DNA from: Patescibacteria group bacterium
GTDB taxonomy: Bacteria; Patescibacteriota; Minisyncoccia; Phycocordibacterales; UBA9973
Direction of reading: 5' to 3'
Length of the DNA stretch: 64,000 bases
Assembly: GCA_040384805.1 (NCBI GenBank)
Contig: JAZKIP010000008.1
Span: forward strand, 36,749 to 100,748
Shown here: one piece after another, positions 61,739 to 64,000 of the stretch
Layout: every line of letters begins with the position of its first letter
Numbering within the stretch: position 1 is the stretch's first letter
Notes under the pieces: model-generated
The model's input: only the letters and a program-made list of their open reading frames with translations
Databases searched by the model: none
Told to the model about the DNA's origin: nothing
Position numbers and translations under genes: made by a program

Positions 61739-61758
61739 CAGTTAATCAAGTCTCTCAT

Positions 61759-61791
61759 AAAAGGCTCCCGTCATTCTGACGGGAGCCTTTT
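61759..61791. terminator. bidirectional rho-independent terminator
   Basis: aaaaggctcccgtca-ttc-tgacgggagcctttt between convergent genes. Confidence 0.7.
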
Positions 61792-61843
61792 ATTATAAGC
61801 GAAGAGCATTTTTTATCTGAGCGGATGCGATCGCATCCTGATA

Positions 61844-64000
61844 TTATGCATAATGCGTTGACGCAAGAGAGCGGACAACTCTGTATTTCCTTCTGAAAAC
61901 AAGTTTCGCGCCTTCGATTAAAAGAACGTTAAGAACAAGCCATCCTGCGACGAACCAGAGCCACACAAGAGGAAGAGGCGAAAGCTCGAATAGGTTTCGA
62001 AGAGCCGGAATCGTCATTGTCGCGATCAAGATGATGACTGCAACGACAATGCTCTGATTGAGTTTCTTGTTCGAAAAAACAGGATACGAGAAGAGCGGCT
62101 TATGCAGGCTCCGGAATGAGAATGCGATCACAAGGATATAGGATGCAAAGCAGACGAAGAATATCGATCGGGCGAGATTGACATCGACGCCGTACCGTAT
62201 CAACGCATAGTAGGTGAAAAAGAGTAGAAGGGATGTTGCGACGCCGATCCCGAACGTCAGAACATTCACTTCCTTGGTAAAGATCGACTTGAGGGTATGT
62301 TTCTTCGACATTTCATGGTCAAAGTCCTCGTCATACGCGAACGCGAGAGCGGGCAGGCTTCCGGTGAAAAGATTCACCCAGATGATCTGAAGGGCGGTCA
62401 GTGGAAGTGCCAAGCCCAGAATCAGGCTTCCCCCGACGACGAAAACTTCATCGAGCGAATTGGACATGAGGTACACGAATGTCTTTCTGATATTGACGAG
62501 AATCCGCCGACCTTCCTGGATCGCCATGGCAATAGTCTCGAAATTATCGTCAAGAAGAACCAGATCAGCTACACTCTTGGCCACATCGCTTCCCGATCCG
62601 AGCGCGACGCCGATATCCATCGCTTTGAGGGCCGGGGAATCATTGACCCCATCCCCTGTCATCGCCACCACTTCTCCCAACTTTCGGTACAAGAGGCCGA
62701 TACGGAGCTTGTCCTCCGGAGTCACGCGGACATAGATCTTCTTGTGAGGAATAATTTCGAGGAGCGCCTCGTCGGACAGAGACTGGATCTCGGATCCGGT
62801 TATAACCTCTTTCTCGGATATATTCCAGCCGATCTCCTCTGCAACGGAAAGAGCGGTTCCTTTGAGATCTCCGGTGATCATGACGATCTTGGTGCCGAGA
62901 GATTCGATTTTCCTGATCGCTTCAGGTACTGTCTTGCGTACCGGATCATGGAAAGCAAGCACTCCGACAAATGATATATGGTGCACATCGGAAACTGAGG
63001 AGATTTTCGATGATGATTTCATGGTGCCGAGCGCGATCAAGCGCTTGCCCTCTGTGCTTGATCGGGTGATCCACGATTCTATCTCATCATGTTTTTCCTT
63101 TCCGATATCCGAAAGCGCAAGTAAAATATCGGGCGCTCCCATGATAGTAAATCCCTTGTCAGTGCGCGAGGCGGAAAATTTATGAGTGGAATTGAACGGG
63201 ATGACGATCGACGATGAATCTTTCCGTCCCAGGATCGAGATATCGATGCCGTTATCGCGGGCGGCCCGAACGATATTGACCTCGAATGGTTTGCCCTTGA
63301 AGGTCCATCCTTTTACTTCCTCGTCGGGATTTTCAATAAGCACATCGACGTTTGAAAGGGCTAATTGCAAGAGGTCGCGATCTCCTCGGCCGTATTCCTT
63401 CGCTCCCGTGTCGCCCTTCTCAAGCTCCTCAGCTGTATAGACTCCGACGAGGCGCATGTCGGCTTCGGTCAATGTTCCCGTCTTGTCGGTCATGATAAGA
63501 CTTGTTGATCCCAAAGTCTCAGCAGCAATGAGTGTCCGAGTAACGCCTTTTTTCCGCGCAATACGTTCGGCTCCGATCGAGAGAATGACAGTCAATGCGA
63601 TCGGAAGCGACTCGGGCACGGCGCCGACAGATACAGCAACGGCAAGAACAAGCATATCGAATAATGGCTCTCCGCGCGAAATACCAAGTATGAAAACCCC
63701 GATAACGATGACGATGACTACCGCGAAAATGATCCATGCAAGCCTGCCGAGACCTTTTTGGATCGGCGTTTGAGCGCGGTCCGTATGTGACACAAGCCCT
63801 GCGATCTTTCCTATTTCGGTATTATCGGCAGTTGAAACAACGACAGCGGTCGCAAAGCCGTCAACGACAAGAGTTCCCGCATGAACCATATTGGTGCGTT
63901 CGGCAACGTTCGAAGACGGGGGCAGAATATCGAGCGTTTTCTCTATCGCGCGCGATTCGCCCGTCAGAATGGCCTCGTTGAAGCGGGCATTATTAAGATG
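61844..64000 (-). CDS. P-type cation-transporting ATPase (P2-type, Ca2+/Mg2+-like), N-terminus beyond window
   Basis: DKTGTLTE phosphorylation site, MITGD, GDGVNDSPALK, and C-terminal TM helices. The frame stays open upstream of the ORF-track start 63889 to the window edge, where it encodes the actuator motif LTGES. Confidence 0.9.
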   Translation of the reverse strand, partial: HLNNARFNEAILTGESRAIEKTLDILPPSSNVAERTNMVHAGTLVVDGFATAVVVSTADNTEIGKIAGLVSHTDRAQTPIQKGLGRLAWIIFAVVIVIVIGVFILGISRGEPLFDMLVLAVAVSVGAVPESLPIALTVILSIGAERIARKKGVTRTLIAAETLGSTSLIMTDKTGTLTEADMRLVGVYTAEELEKGDTGAKEYGRGDRDLLQLALSNVDVLIENPDEEVKGWTFKGKPFEVNIVRAARDNGIDISILGRKDSSSIVIPFNSTHKFSASRTDKGFTIMGAPDILLALSDIGKEKHDEIESWITRSSTEGKRLIALGTMKSSSKISSVSDVHHISFVGVLAFHDPVRKTVPEAIRKIESLGTKIVMITGDLKGTALSVAEEIGWNISEKEVITGSEIQSLSDEALLEIIPHKKIYVRVTPEDKLRIGLLYRKLGEVVAMTGDGVNDSPALKAMDIGVALGSGSDVAKSVADLVLLDDNFETIAMAIQEGRRILVNIRKTFVYLMSNSLDEVFVVGGSLILGLALPLTALQIIWVNLFTGSLPALAFAYDEDFDHEMSKKHTLKSIFTKEVNVLTFGIGVATSLLLFFTYYALIRYGVDVNLARSIFFVCFASYILVIAFSFRSLHKPLFSYPVFSNKKLNQSIVVAVIILIATMTIPALRNLFELSPLPLVWLWFVAGWLVLNVLLIEGAKLVFRRKYRVVRSLASTHYA

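Overview
This 64-kb window is densely coding on both strands, with a mosaic GC content (about 32% in the first 1.6 kb and in several short genes, about 50% elsewhere). I found no rRNA, tRNA, CRISPR array or transposase. The gene content suggests a small-genome bacterium, possibly CPR/Patescibacteria-like; that taxonomic placement is an inference. Supporting it: a homodimeric-type glycyl-tRNA synthetase, RNase J, many small hypothetical and secreted repeat proteins, and six NUDIX hydrolases. Housekeeping genes include secG, rnj, rpsF-ssb-rpsR, metG, glyQS, ileS, argS, recO and rarA. A MacAB-like efflux set lies next to an ECF sigma/anti-sigma pair. Five observations stand out:
- The isoleucyl-tRNA synthetase carries a complete histidine-phosphatase (phosphoglycerate-mutase-like) domain inserted where the zinc-binding insertion normally sits. 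It is preceded by a T-box-like leader with an AUC specifier.
- A clustered thymidylate pathway (dut, tmk, glyA, a tandem-fused thyX, folA, dcd) is interleaved with NUDIX hydrolases and a PaaX-like regulator flanked by palindromic repeats.
- An ARE-size ABC-F ATPase has a leader peptide ORF overlapping a terminator hairpin.
- A MutY-like glycosylase lacks all four Fe-S cysteines, and an alkyltransferase-like protein has Phe in place of the catalytic Cys.
- A pyridoxamine-phosphate-oxidase-like gene is frameshifted at a T8 homopolymer.
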